From Lama glama (taxonomy: Eukaryota): 63,637 bases of DNA. Shown here one piece after another: positions 1 through 12,212 of this stretch (positions are counted from its first letter, which is position 1; every line of letters begins with the position of its first letter). Under the pieces are notes generated by a model that saw only the letters and a program-made list of their open reading frames with translations, was not told the origin of the DNA and ran no database searches. The DNA lies in assembly GCA_028534125.1 (NCBI GenBank), contig CM052832.1, forward strand, positions 11,410,001 to 11,473,637. Direction: 5' to 3'. Made by a program: the position numbers and the translations under genes.

Positions 1-404
1 TGTGAATGAGGAGTCCACTTCAGCCCTCCTTCATGTAATACTTCCCAGAATATATACTTTATGATAAAACTATACAAAAGAAATTATCTTCTAAAGGAAA
101 AGGAAGACAGAGGAATTGATTAACCATTGTTTCTAACTTAATATTGTCTGTTTGAAATTTTTTGGACACTGGAAATCAAAAAGTGCTCTTACTCCAGAGA
201 ATGGATATATCCTTGTTGAAGCAGTGGTGATTTTTCAAAATTCCAGAATGTCTGCTAAGTATTCAGGGGAAGTACAAGCAGATAAACATGAATATTTTTG
301 AAGCCTCATTAAGTAGCAGTTGTAGAGCCAAGCCTCCTCATGGGTTACAGAGGAAAACACCAGCTATGAGTATGTTGTCTCAGTGTCCATCAGGAGAGGT
401 TTAG

Positions 405-830
405 TACACCCACACTATGGAATATTATACAGTCATCAAAAATGAAATTGTTCTGTTATATATGTATTGGCATGAAAGATTTTTTTGTGATAAATTGTTT
501 TGAAAAATAATAGTACAGAAGTCTCTTCAGAGTATGATCTCTCTCATTTTTGTATAAGCAAAATCTACAAATGCACATAAGAATATAGGTATCTGCTTCG
601 TTAAAAGCTAGAGGAACATATCAACAGTGGATTCCCCAAAGTGCTGAGAGTGAATAAAGCAGATGAGAATGGTGGCAGGAGAAGGAGAAGAGAGGAGGGT
701 TTACTTTTTAATTTAGTCACATCTGTATTGTTTGGAATTCTTTTCATAAGCGTGTATTGTATAATATTTTATGTAAAATCATTTAAAAATCTTTGTATCA
801 GAAACTTATTTCTCTGTGTGTCAAAGAAAC
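405..830 (+). mobile_element. Ancient L1 (L1ME/L1MC-like) 3' end relic
   Basis: cacactatggaatattatacagtcatcaaaaatgaa resembles the 3' region of old mammalian L1; highly decayed, boundaries approximate. Confidence 0.5.
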
Positions 831-2202
831 ATTAGGTCATTCAGCAAACAGTGCAAGTAAGTATCCCTCCACCTGAAGAAGCTCCTTAAAAATGACAATA
901 TAAATTGTCTCATACATCTGTCACCTGTCACAGATTAGAGGAAGAGATAAAAGTAAAGTCTAAAGCTGCTATATGGAGGAAATCATTACATCTTATTTGA
1001 GTGGGCTAATAGTAATAGTGGAGGGGAAATGTGTACAGTCTAAAATGATGCTGAAAGTGTGCAGATATTTTGATAACAATGTGAGAAATATACACTGCTG
1101 TTGTATCATGATATTTAGCATCGTAGATACTCGTGGCCACCCCTTTCTAATCAAGAGTCTCATCTCAACATACACGGAATAATTTCCATTGATTCTCTAT
1201 TGATGCTCTAGATACAGGGTCGGGGAGAGGGACCACAAAGATGAATAAGAGCAAAAAGCTGCCTCATGCTGCTGGGGGAGCTAATGGGGGAGCTAAGGTG
1301 GTGTGCAGACTCTAGAACACAGTGTGGACAGTGTAAGCACACATGATGCTACAAAATGAACCAGGACTTCAGAATGGAGGAGCCGGATGTTCCCTCCAAA
1401 GGGAGGTGTTTGTTTTCTATTTTTCTTAGTTTGGGAATAGGAAAAACATGAAAATAATTGTAAGCAGAAGGGAAAGAGTATGGAGAGGTGATAAAAAGGT
1501 AATTAATCAGGTAACTCTAGTAGGAGCCTGAAGAGAGCCTGGGGAAGAGGTTGGGCAGTGAGAAGGAGGAAGCATATTATCCAAAATACTTGAAACAAAA
1601 AAGGCCTGAGTGGTGAGACAGAGACACTGTGAGGTGAAGGGAAAGGAAAACACAGGAGCCCCCTCATAGCAGCCTTGATCTTCTCCGTCTGGTGAGAAGC
1701 TGCATCACTGATGGAGAGGGAAAGAGCAGTGGTAGGCTGGGGGGCTGTAGAAGGATTGCAACAGCCGCTGGGAAGAGTCTATGTCATCCAGGAATGAGTA
1801 AACGGATTTAGAGCATCACTGAGGTCCTGGCTTAGGTTGAGTAGCATGAATTTTTAATGAAACTAGTAAAAAAAAATTTTTTTTCATTACATTCTCTAGC
1901 AATGGTGCAGCTAGGCACGGGGGCATTGAAAGTCAGCTTGACTAGAATGCATTTTTGTAGAAGTCAAGTATTTGGAAGTTGCATATGAAAATTTATTGGA
2001 AATTAGTCAAATAATTGTATCATTTCAGATCTCACTTTGTCATTTTGCTTCTTCCCCCTTAATGTTTAGAGTCAAATCAGATAACTATATTATGGTAAGG
2101 AAATGTGACCAATACTTCAAACGTTAACCAACCAAGCAATTCTGTTAGAATGTCTAAAGTTTCAAGCTCATAGTTGCTTCTCATACATTATGTATTTTTT
2201 AG

Positions 2203-2308
2203 GCTGGAAAAACTAATAACATCCTTTTTGGAAGACCAGGATCCAGAGAGTAAACTAGAGGTTGGCGCTGATATGCGTAAAATTCATCACTGTTTCCATT
2301 ATTTAAAG
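2203..2308 (+). CDS. KIF6: KIF6 (kinesin family member 6) internal coding exon, probably equivalent to human exon 11; encodes LEKLITSFLEDQDPESKLEVGADMRKIHHCFHYLK
   Basis: Acceptor tgtattttttAG ends at 2202 and donor GTAAAT starts at 2309, giving 106 bp (phase 2 to 0). The peptide closely matches my recall of human KIF6 (EKLITSFLEDQDSDSRLEVGADMRKVHHCFHHLK) and splices in frame to the next exon. Exon numbering is from memory. Confidence 0.95.
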
Positions 2309-3167
2309 GTAAATTTAAATATTTCCACTAGTAGAAGCCATTATCTGCCATGTTCAAACTGCAATAAAGTTTTCCTGGTTGACCAACTCTTGAAAGGTTT
2401 AGGACCCAGCTTCACGTGTCCAGAAAAGTTTGATCTGCAAACCAGTGCTGAGATGATCGCTGAATTTCTTCAGAAGTTGTATCTTACTTCCCAGAGAATA
2501 AGCTCAGACCTTGGACTTCTAAATCTTTTTCCAGGCATCTCTACGTTCTATACAGAATAGTTCCATGTTCAAAACCCATTTATTTTCAGGCTATATCAAA
2601 AGAACTGTGTCCTTCATCTTTTTTCCCAGCAGCTTCAGCCTTAGGTTTTACTTTCATGGTGACGTAGGGGGAGTATCATTAACCTCTACTTCTACCTCAC
2701 TTGTAATTTGGCATGCTTTATTAAGATGATAAACATTTGTTGTGAGTCTGCTCTGAGCCAGGTGTAGGGGAGGCAAAGTTGAATAAGTAAGTCATGGAGA
2801 AGACAGATACGTAAAGAATAATTTTAATACATGACAAGTGGTTTTTTAAAAGTGTGAATTAGTGGTATGGGGTTGTGGAGAAAGGGAAAGAAGTTCAAGA
2901 GGAGGTCATGTTTGAGCAGTGATTTCCCATTTTAGGGAAGGAGAGATAAGATAAGGAGGAGGGGAATGAGGAAGGAGGACAGAAAGAAGACAGGTGGGAG
3001 GAGGAAGACATACATTCAAGCAAAGGCAGCTGCATTGCAAAGACAGGGAGTCAGAGCAGGGTGCGCATGCCTGATTTGTGCAAGGAATCGTTAAAGGCGA
3101 AAAGAATCAAAGAAATGGAGACACTGGAGTGGAGGTGTGGATGCTAAGCTCTTGTTTCATCACACAG

Positions 3168-3309
3168 AAACTACTGACCGACAAGAAGATCCATGGACCG
3201 AGCAGAGCCCCCTCCTCCAAAGTCAAAGATCAAGTCAACCAAGGACCATCCACAGAGGAAGAATATAAGAAGCTACGAGAGATTCTCCAGCAGAGAGATA
3301 ATGAAATCA
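3168..3309 (+). CDS. KIF6: KIF6 internal coding exon (probably exon 12); encodes KLLTDKKIHGPSRAPSSKVKDQVNQGPSTEEEYKKLREILQQRDNEI(N)
   Basis: Acceptor cttgtttcatcacacAG ends at 3167 and donor GTATCCTTT starts at 3310, giving 142 bp (phase 0 to 1). EEEYKKLREILQQRDNEI matches recalled human KIF6 EEEYRKLRDILKQRDNEI. Confidence 0.95.
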
Positions 3310-4060
3310 GTATCCTTTCTAAAGTGATTAGAAACCCTTCTTCTCTTGACTTGACCCGGGAAACACTCAGACATCTTCCCGACGCTCCCTGCCACACCAC
3401 CTGGCTCCCCACCCAGCTTCCGTTTAGAAGGAAACTATCCCTTCAGCAAACACATCGTAGCAACTAGTAAAAAACAGAGTTGCTACAAAAGAAAAAAAAC
3501 TACTTCACTTTTAGTCACTTATAGTTACTATTACTGGGGACATTTCAGTTCATTGAAAAGTATGGGCTTTCTTACACCATCTCTTAACACTGAATTTTTT
3601 TAAATAGATGTTTTGACTACTCTTCAGTGCTCTTTCTGTTTTAGTCCTGAGCCAGTAAGTTAGCTGGTTATCTTTAGCTAGCTGACCGGACACGGGCTGA
3701 CCACAGCCTCACCATGGCCCAGAATTTGTGGCTGGAGTGTGGGTGAAACTCAAATGGTGGCTGAGAAATGACAAATGGTATTTAGCTTATGAAGAGCAGA
3801 GATTGATTTAAATGTGACTCTATTTAAAAGCCAGATCTACTGCTTTGGGCTCCACTTACAAATGTTCCCAAATTTGGAAGTGAGTGTAGATGAGTGTTCA
3901 GGCTAGAATTCTCCTGGCTCTAGGAGGCAGTGTCTATGGGGTGTTGAAAACGGTAGCAGCCCATGGGAGCGGCCTCTCTTACAGACTAGGTGTTACTTCT
4001 GAAGAGCCCTATTGTGTGGTTAGACCTCAAGTCTCCCCAGTATTTCTTCAGTATTGTTTC

Positions 4061-4175
4061 TTTTTTTAATTGAAGTATAGTCAATTACAATATGTCAATT
4101 TCTGGTGTACAGCATAATATCCCAGTCTTGCATATATATACATATATTCGTTTTCATTTTTTTTCCATTAAAGGT
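4061..4175 (-). mobile_element. Very short, 5'-truncated L1 3' tail with target-site duplication
   Basis: tttttttaattgaagtatagtcaattacaat...ctggtgtacagcata is similar to the L1 tail at 21620-21730. It is flanked by ttgtttctt at 4054-4062 and 4176-4184. Confidence 0.75.
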
Positions 4176-5914
4176 TTGTTTCTTATTTTATCTTTCAAGT
4201 TTCTTACAAAAGATTTGACATTTTCATTACATTTGCAGGCTTTAAACATGCACAAGAAATTATTTTGGTCAGTTGTTTATGAACAAATATTTTGGTTCAT
4301 TTTTTAAAAATTACTAAAAGGCATTTTTAGCTTCAGCTATTGTGCAAAATGCATAAAAATAACTGACCTGAAGGAAATCCAGTAATAAAGAGATAAAACC
4401 AAACCAAATATGAGGTAGGCACCCTGCCTGATTAACTTCAGTCTCTGATTTTAGTTGAGGATTAGCAGACGCCGTGTGTCTGATTCAAGTGAGTTTGAAT
4501 TGCTTTATTATCAGACCAGTCCCAGTAGATTCGACTGAATTACACTCCCACGCAAGCCCTGGTCTGTGCACGCTGCCCACAGTGTTGTCACTCTTGCATT
4601 CCTTCTCCTCCCTCCTACCCGGTCCATCTCCAGCAGTGGTTCCAGCCGAGACCTCAGTGCTGGCCCCAGACCCAGTCTGAGCTCTGCTTCTTTTCCTGGC
4701 CTTGATCCTAGTTGAGAATCTTCTCCCCTAAATACTCCGACCAACTCCTTAATCCCCTTCGGAGCTTATGAGTGTCTGTGCACATAGGAGGGATGAAACG
4801 ACACATGACAGAGAGGGAGCAGCCTCAGCTTATTCATATATGTTTATTTTAAAAAGGGAGTGAACCAGAGACATACATCATCTCCCCTCTGCATTGGTAA
4901 ATCCAGGTACCACCATTCTTGTGAGGCTATGCTGGATCCTTTACTGACTGTGAATAACTCCAGTAGGGTCCCCTCCTTCTGAGACTCAAATTTGCAATGA
5001 GGGTGTGTAGAAGGCATAGTGTAAAGTGTGCCGAACTTCAAGTTCACACCCACGTTGACGTGGTAGCTCTTCATCCATTATCTCTGCCACTGCTCAGTGA
5101 AGTCTCAGTGCCCAGCAAAGCCGATGACAGACTGGACGGAAGGTGCTCCGAGCAGTGTGGAGTGTTATGTGACGGAAGATGCTACCCCATGGACAATGGT
5201 AGACTAGGAAGAAGGAAAAACAGCATCTGAGATGTCCTCATCACAAGTTTCCATTTATCAAGGGCTAATGATCAAGGAAGGCTCCTGAAATCCCATCATT
5301 TCTCACAGTCCAGTTGGAGAATTTTTTCATGTCTTTTTTGGTGGAACCAAGAAGGCCAAGACGGTGACAGGAGGAATGAGAAAGATAAGGCTCGTAATAA
5401 AAAGTGGTAATACTTGAGCTCCACAAAAGACACTACTGCAAACAAAACAGCAGGAAGCGGCACTGAACGTTCTTAGGAAGAGAGTGAAAATGGTGTCATT
5501 TCGGTGACATTATCAGTTTTAATCAAGCTCAGACACCCCATCACAAAACAGGTCACCGGATGTCATTTTGTCCCCAGCACAGTGCTGAACGAAGGCCCGA
5601 GTGAAACGGAAGTGGGAAGGGATACAAGACCAAGGGAAGGTGAGAGGAAGGAGAGAAGCAGAGGAGATAAATCTGTGTCATGGGCTTCATGAAATGTAAA
5701 GTCAGAACAGGCCGTTTCTCTGATTGAAACCTTCTAGGGGCTTCCCACAGTACTGAGAGTAACCTTCAAACTCCTTCCTCCAGATTACTAGGCCCCACGT
5801 GGTCCTGTCCCCGCCCAGCCCCTGACTCCTTCTCTTACACCTCTGCCCCGTGTGTGTGAGGCAGTCACAGCGACCTTCCTGTGGCCCTTCTAACACATGG
5901 GTTCCCAGCCTCAG

Positions 5915-6072
5915 CCCTGCTGATGTCAGGGACTGTCCTGTGTGTCACAGGATGTTCCTCTACCAACTGGACTCCAGTAACAGCACCTACCCCCTACTCC
6001 AAAATAACAACCAGAATATCTCCAGACATGGCCAAATGAGGGTGGTGAGACAGCCCCAGTTGGGATCCGCCA
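5915..6072 (-). mobile_element. MER20-like hAT-Charlie DNA transposon fragment, nested in an L2 relic (~5700-6420)
   Basis: ctgtcctgtgtgtcacaggatgtt...aacaaccagaatatctccagacatggccaaatg matches the reverse complement of the recalled MER20 consensus (catttggcaatgtctggagacatttttggttgtcac). Confidence 0.7.
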
Positions 6073-7601
6073 CCAGCCCATTTCTCCCTCAGTTTCAGCA
6101 CCCACCCCTTCCTCTGCTTAGATACCCTCCTCTGTCTGGTTCTTCTGTCATTCAGATCTCAGCTTAAATGGCACTTTTAAAAAAGCCTTCCTTGAGTACC
6201 CAGTTGGAGTGGCCACTCAGTCACTCTTGACCTTTTAAAAACAAGCAATCTGGCACTTTTACCCTCTAATGTTGTGTGTGTGTGTCTGAGAGAGACAGAG
6301 ACAGCTATGTCTTTCTCCAGTAGGACTCCACAAGGGCAAGAAAGCCGTCTGCGTTTTCACCTTTTGTCTCTGTGCCTGGAGAGCTGTGCTGCTCTGGGCT
6401 CAGGTCAGTATCGTTGACCAAGTGAAGGAAAGGGCATTGCCATCGCAGGGCCTGAGCCAGTGACAGTCGATGATGATTGTGACATCTGCTCCACACCAAG
6501 AGGAGCAAGCAGAGGAGGCGGACAGGGCCGGTGCCTAGACCTCACAGAAGTCATCAATGCCTTTAGCAATTACCAGCTTTTCTGAGGTGAAGAATGGAGA
6601 CTATTTCAGGGTTGTGAGAGAAAAATTGATTGTGCTTCCAGAAATTACCAAGAGGCTGGGGTCAAGGCTGAGGAGGAAGACAGAGTTCAAGTGCTTTCCC
6701 TGCTCCCTGCCCAGGAGTGAGCATCCTGGGTGCCTCCCCTCCTTTTTGCAGAGCAGTCTTCTCTTCGTGTTTCCTCGGACTCCTGTTTTAATGAAGCTAC
6801 CTCCAGGGAGGGTGAAGACCTTGAGCTCATCTTCCTGCATATGCAGTTAGAGTTCTGAGATTTCTCAGGAGGGACTATAGTCCTTTCTCTTCGTGATGCC
6901 AAAACCCCTCAGAGTTCTTGGCACCTTGAACCTGAAAGAACAGTGAAGTGGGGTAGAATGTATTGATTTTATCACTCATTGTCAGTGCTCCTAACATATC
7001 TAAATGGCCCACAAAAGTTGCATTTTTAAATGATGTATCTTTCCTAATAATTCAGTGCTCTTCAGTGAAATTAGAGGGATCAAAAATTAGAGACTTTTTT
7101 AAAAAGTGACTTTGAGCCCCATTGGAATGTACACTAAATAAGCATGTGTTGGACACAGGGGTCCCTGACCACCAAAACTGACTTGGCCGATCTCCCAGCT
7201 GGGTAGGGGTCCTCCCTCCCCACTCCCCCTGCTGCCTCCTGAGCAGCGTCCTGCTTAAAATCTCATTTACTCACAGACGTAGATACAGCTCCGTTGTCTA
7301 CCACTACTCAGTGTTCATTTTCCTTTTTATAAACCCTTTCATAAAACCTTTAAGTCCTGATTGCTTTAAACTCAGAAGATTTTAAAGACCTTTGGGTTTG
7401 CTTGTTTTTCAACTAATGGTAATGGTGCCATCTTGAAAGACCGGTAGCCTCCTAAACTGTCCATAGCTGTATCAATGACTTTTGGAAAGTGAAGTCATTC
7501 TTCATAGCACATATTATTGGGGCTGTTAATCTCATTTGACAATGAGTATTTTGATCAATATAATCTAGCATAAGTCACTAAATCCTTAAGTCAAGTTTCA
7601 G

Positions 7602-7817
7602 ATATTCTGGTGAATATGTTAAAGAAGGAGAAGAAGAAAGCTCAGGATGCTCTCCATTCCTCCAGCATGGACAGAGGTGAGCCAAGACGCTCCCAGAGCT
7701 CACCCTTCCCACCTGGGAACCCGGAAGGTCTGAGGACATTGCCACTCTCAACTCCCACTCAGGCCCAGGACTCGAGCGTTATTCAGTACAGATCCAGTTT
7801 GCTCCACAGAAAAACAG
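7602..7817 (+). CDS. KIF6: KIF6 internal coding exon (probably exon 13); encodes (N)ILVNMLKKEKKKAQDALHSSSMDRGEPRRSQSSPFPPGNPEGLRTLPLSTPTQAQDSSVIQYRSSLLHRKT(G)
   Basis: Acceptor CAG at 7599-7601 and donor GTCAGT at 7818, giving 216 bp (phase 1 to 1). The split codon A|AT gives Asn and restores recalled human ...DNEINILVNMLKKEKKKAQEALH...SSLLHKKIG. Confidence 0.95.
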
Positions 7818-8929
7818 GTCAGTTATATTTACTTATACACATAAATTTATATAACATTAAGTAGAAAACATAGACTATCAAATTACATATCCATATAGAA
7901 AGTAAATAAATATGTAAATGGTTGCAATTTTGTCATTCATCATCATAAATCTTACTGTTTTTAATATTACTAACATTTCTTGAAGTTTTGAAGTTGTAGT
8001 AGAAGCAGCCACAGCCGCAATAACAAAAATACCCCAAGTAAAGTTTATCCAACCTAAAAACTTTTTTGAAAAATTCATTCTCCATAATGGAACTTAGTGT
8101 AGCATCCTTTAGTTTTACATGTGCAAGGATAAAGGCTCTAGCCATGTATTTGTTAGAATTAATTTTTATAGCTATCAAATCTCTTAAATGCCAGTTTGCC
8201 TTAAAGGACAATAAACAAAACACAGTTTTGTCAGATAACAGGATTTGATAGGGTGGAACTATCTCAGAGGCACCCTTCCCGTCTGTCGCTCTGGGTAAAT
8301 GTGTTAGCACCACCCCTACAACTCCAGAACCGTGCTGGAAGCCCAGGTCAGTCTGTGCACGTTCCTCTATCAGCCCAGCAGACCATGATATATAGTTATG
8401 GGACTGATGCCTTTCTGCTGAAGACACCGAGGAATCTGAAGTATGGAATGAACTAGAACAAAGGGGTGAAGAGCTTCCCTTTTGGCCATATAGGTTGACC
8501 TTTTCCGCATTAACATTTGTGGGGATGGACAACCTGACGTGCAAGGTTTTCTAAAGGATTTAGCTTGAGAATAAAAAAGTATTGTTCTCATTAAGAAGCG
8601 CACATTTTAGTTACTAAAGACAAGATTGAGAAGCCTGGAAGTATAGTTTTTGGTATTATATCCCTTTATCTCTTAATTCCAGGTCTCCCTGCTGTGAATA
8701 TTTCTTTAGCAACACAGTAGGATAAATTCAAAAAATGCCAGGAAACAAAAATGCTATTTTTTTTTACCATCTATCATGGAAGCAGTAGACAGGGAAAAGC
8801 AATCATTCCTCTCCGTGATTATTTTCCAGACAGCATTTCTATAGTCTCTGATAGATAATAGCCAGTTGGAGGAAAAAAAAAAAAGAAGAGGCCCTCTGGA
8901 TTGGTGAATTCATTAGTTTAACCATCATT

Positions 8930-9640
8930 TTTTTCATTCCTTTATTCATTCAACATACATGTATTGAGTACACATTTTGTTCTAGGTACTGTGCCAACTA
9001 CTATTCCTATGGCTAAAGCTAACACAGTCCTCATATACACCAGGTACCATTTAAAGTTTGCTACTTGAATGAACTCATCTAATTCTTATTCTATATGTTC
9101 TTGATAAACACAGCCCTTGACCTGAAAGCACTTACAGATAGACAGAGAAAAGAGCCTTGAACAATTAATTACAGAAGTTCACCTCTATGTGACTGAGGGA
9201 ACACAAACCAGGGAAACTCTACCTTAAGTTAAAACCAGAGAGATCCGGAAGGGGCCTGGGGGAGGAGATGTGGCTGGAAGGAACATTACAAGCAGAAGGA
9301 ATCACTTGAATAGCTTTCAAGGCCTTTGTAGTGGAAAGGAGCATTTTACAAAGTGCAAAAGCCAGGTATGGTGGGATCTGGGGAGACAGTGGCTGGGAAG
9401 ACAGGTGGAGTGACATGTGCAGAACAGACAGACAGAGGACAAGACTGGATGACCTTCTGGGAGACCACTGTGTCCAATAGTGCAGGTCAGAGGATGGGGA
9501 TGACCGGAGAGAGGCAGGGGGATCAGAAACATTCTAGGCAGTAATGTGAACAGGGCTTCGTGACTAAATGGAGATGAGGGGTAAGGGTGAGAATTGGTCC
9601 CTGCGTCCCTGGGTAGCTGGTGATGCTCTTTATGAAGGGG
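8930..9640 (-). mobile_element. L2 relic(s) with a probable MIR fragment
   Basis: ttcattcctttattcattcaacatacatgtattgagtac is the typical reverse complement of an L2 3' end, followed by purine-rich L2-like sequence. Confidence 0.6.
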
Positions 9641-11539
9641 AGGAATGGTGCCTCCCCTGGCCTGGCAACAATTGGCATTATTGGCTACAGAGAACACAGC
9701 ATTGGTGTGTCTTCTGAAATGGAAGGTCACAGTCAGTTCCCATGTTAGAACGCCATGCTCTTAATGGAAGGAATACTGTTACCTGGCCTTTTCCAAAGAC
9801 ACACACCATTGTATCTGTGCAGAAATGGCCTCAGATATAACTGTCCAGCCATTATAGATGCCAGACCTTTTCTATTTCTATTTTTTCTTGCCCACACCTT
9901 CTCCCGTCTCATAATTCTTCTTCCCCACAGCATCTCATAACCTCTCTCCTAACTCATCATTATACTCAACTTTTTCAGTAACTCTTCCGCTTGATATTGC
10001 TATCAAGACAGACTATGGTTTTGTTTAGAGGATGAATTAAGTTCACTTGAATAGAAAATCACTGAAAAAATACTGGAAATTGTTTGCAAAGTCCAAGTAC
10101 AAATGAGGTAAAAGAGTTTTGGAGAAAAGCCTTATAGTTGAAAGGGTGGTTGAGTTGTTTTAACTGTCCTTGAATATAGTTCCAGTAATGAGTTTAAATA
10201 GAAATAGGCTCACAAATGGATTGATAATGATCTAACCATTTAGAGGAGGGGTTGGCGGGGGACTGGTTTTATTTTTTGGCAAAACTACAGATGGGATGAA
10301 AATTGCTGTGGCTGAACCAGTGCTGCAAAGCAACAGGTAATGGGAGAGTGTGTCGCAGTGTTTAAGATCCTAGGAGCTGATTAGGCTTTTATTCATGCGC
10401 TATTTTATATACAAGAGGCTGACGTAAACCAAACCAAATACAAAAAATTAAGAAGCATGTTGTTTGGAGGTATTACTGCCTTATGTAGGTGTTGTCAAAT
10501 TCAATTAACCATCCCTGTTTTAATGCAGAAAGCAAGTTAATTTGACCATCTTCCACTCAGAGACTGTTGTGAAACTGTCCCCCCTTCGATAACTCTCCCG
10601 CTTCTTCCATTCATCCCCTCTTTACGCTGAAAATGATTCGTTTCAAGTTTATTATGTTAAAAGAAAATGAAACCCAGTTCATGGATCACCAGGGTGTCCC
10701 CCACCATCATTGCAAGAGCCACCCACCAAGACCGAGGGAGATTAGGAGCCTCAGGGTCTTGTCACTGTTTTGGAGATTACATGTCTGTTTAGTTTCACAG
10801 GAATAACGAGAGGGATTGTTCAGCTCCATGGTTCACAAAGAGTCATGAATATGAATATTGTTCTCTTTAAAACACCAAGAATTTTATAGTTTGAGGTTTG
10901 TTGTTGTTGTTTTGTTGTGGAGGTTTTTCTTTTCTATTTTAGTTCTCTGACTGCACTTTCCAAATAATCACCTGGAACCAGTCAGTATTCAAAAGCCTCA
11001 ATGACTCACCACATCCTTTAACCGTTTGAGATGCTGATGGAACCCACTCATCACAGGTGATGTCATTGGCATTTTAAAAGGTGAACTGAAAGCCAAAGCC
11101 ACAGCCTGGAGGCTCCAGATTCTTTCTCTTACTCACTCAGGGAGAATTTTTTGAATCCTCCATATACTCACGGAAGGGACTGGGAACTTGTTGAGGGGGG
11201 GCTGAGGTGAACTGAGGAATGCTCTCTGGCCATGGCAGCTCGATTTCAATATTGGGGCCTGGTTTCGTACCCAAAGAGCAGAGAATAAAATAACAAGTGC
11301 TGTAAGCAAGAGCTACAAGAAATGCTACAGGAATTCAAAAGAGAAGGGAAGAGTGTTAATAAGTAGATCAGGAGAAACATTACAGAGCAAGCAACATGGA
11401 AGTTAGGTCTCAAAGGACTGGTAGAGCTTGGACTTCCAAAGATGGAGGGAAGAACATTGTATAACATTCTCGGTTTAGAGAATAATATGAGCAAAGGCTT
11501 GAGAACAGGAAGGCAGGGAAGAACTATGCAGAGTTGGCA

Positions 11540-11884
11540 GGGATATTTGTTTAGCTGGGGCCTTGGACATTGTTTGAAAAAAAAAAGGCCCCAGCCGACC
11601 TGCCTGCCGAGGGGCTTTGCTGCTGAGTGGGCCTTTCAGGGTTGTCCCAAGTTGATACCAGGTCGGGCAGGCCCTTTCTACCCTCATGATGAAGAGTCAT
11701 TAGATATGAGCCTGCCCCTGGAAGGAGGCATGGCTTTAAATGAGGCAGGTTTTTTTTCAGCTGAGAAAATTCCCAAATAGTGTTGACAACTCAGGGCTTT
11801 CTGCTAAGGTGCTCCCAGCAACTGGAGGAATGTCCTTCATTCTTGAAAGAGTATCTGGATGGGACATCACAGTATCCACCACAA
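11540..11884. mobile_element. ERVL-class solo LTR fragment (LTR33-like)
   Basis: ctgcccctggaaggaggcatggcttt...gctcccagcaactggaggaat...catcacagtatccaccaca resembles the recalled LTR33 consensus. Confidence 0.55.
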
Positions 11885-12137
11885 ATAGTGAGATTCCCGG
11901 GATATCCAGAATACCAATGTTGACCTTAATTTAGCTGAATTATGTAATTTATAGCCCATAATCTAACTCGATAGCAGTGTGACCCAGAAAGCTGAAAATA
12001 AAGGAATTATGCAATCTAATCACTATTTTTAGCATTGTTTTCAAGATAAAAGATATTCTTCTTGGGACACCAAGAACAGAGCCCTATCACTGTGCCAGCA
12101 GGGGAATAGAGGTCTTCTCCATCTCTTAGTCTGTCTT

Positions 12138-12151
12138 TCTGTCTGTCTCTG

Positions 12152-12182
<31 letters not shown>

Positions 12183-12212
12183 TGCACATGTGCACACGTG
12201 CATACATGTGTA
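12138..12212. repeat. Compound (TC)n(CA)n microsatellite running into an alternating purine/pyrimidine tract
   Basis: Read directly: tctctctctctctcacacacacacacatgtgcacatgtgcacacgtgcatacatgtgta. Confidence 0.9.

Larger units (their letters stand above)
3310..7601 (+). other. KIF6: U12-type (minor spliceosome) GT-AG intron of KIF6
   Basis: 5' splice site GTATCCTTT (3310-3318) matches the U12 consensus RTATCCTTT. Branch sequence TCCTTAAg (7583-7590) matches TTCCTTRAY, with the branch A about 12 nt before the AG. There is no polypyrimidine tract. Confidence 0.92.

Noticed and set aside
2174..3467. ORF-track entries 2174-2560 and 3078-3467 as complete genes
   Set aside because: Only the splice-bounded parts (2203-2308 and 3168-3309) match KIF6. 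The rest is intronic read-through.
7933..8544. Longest ORF in the window (203 aa, minus strand)
   Set aside because: No recognisable domain, non-ATG start, no supporting splice structure. It is consistent with a chance antisense ORF.
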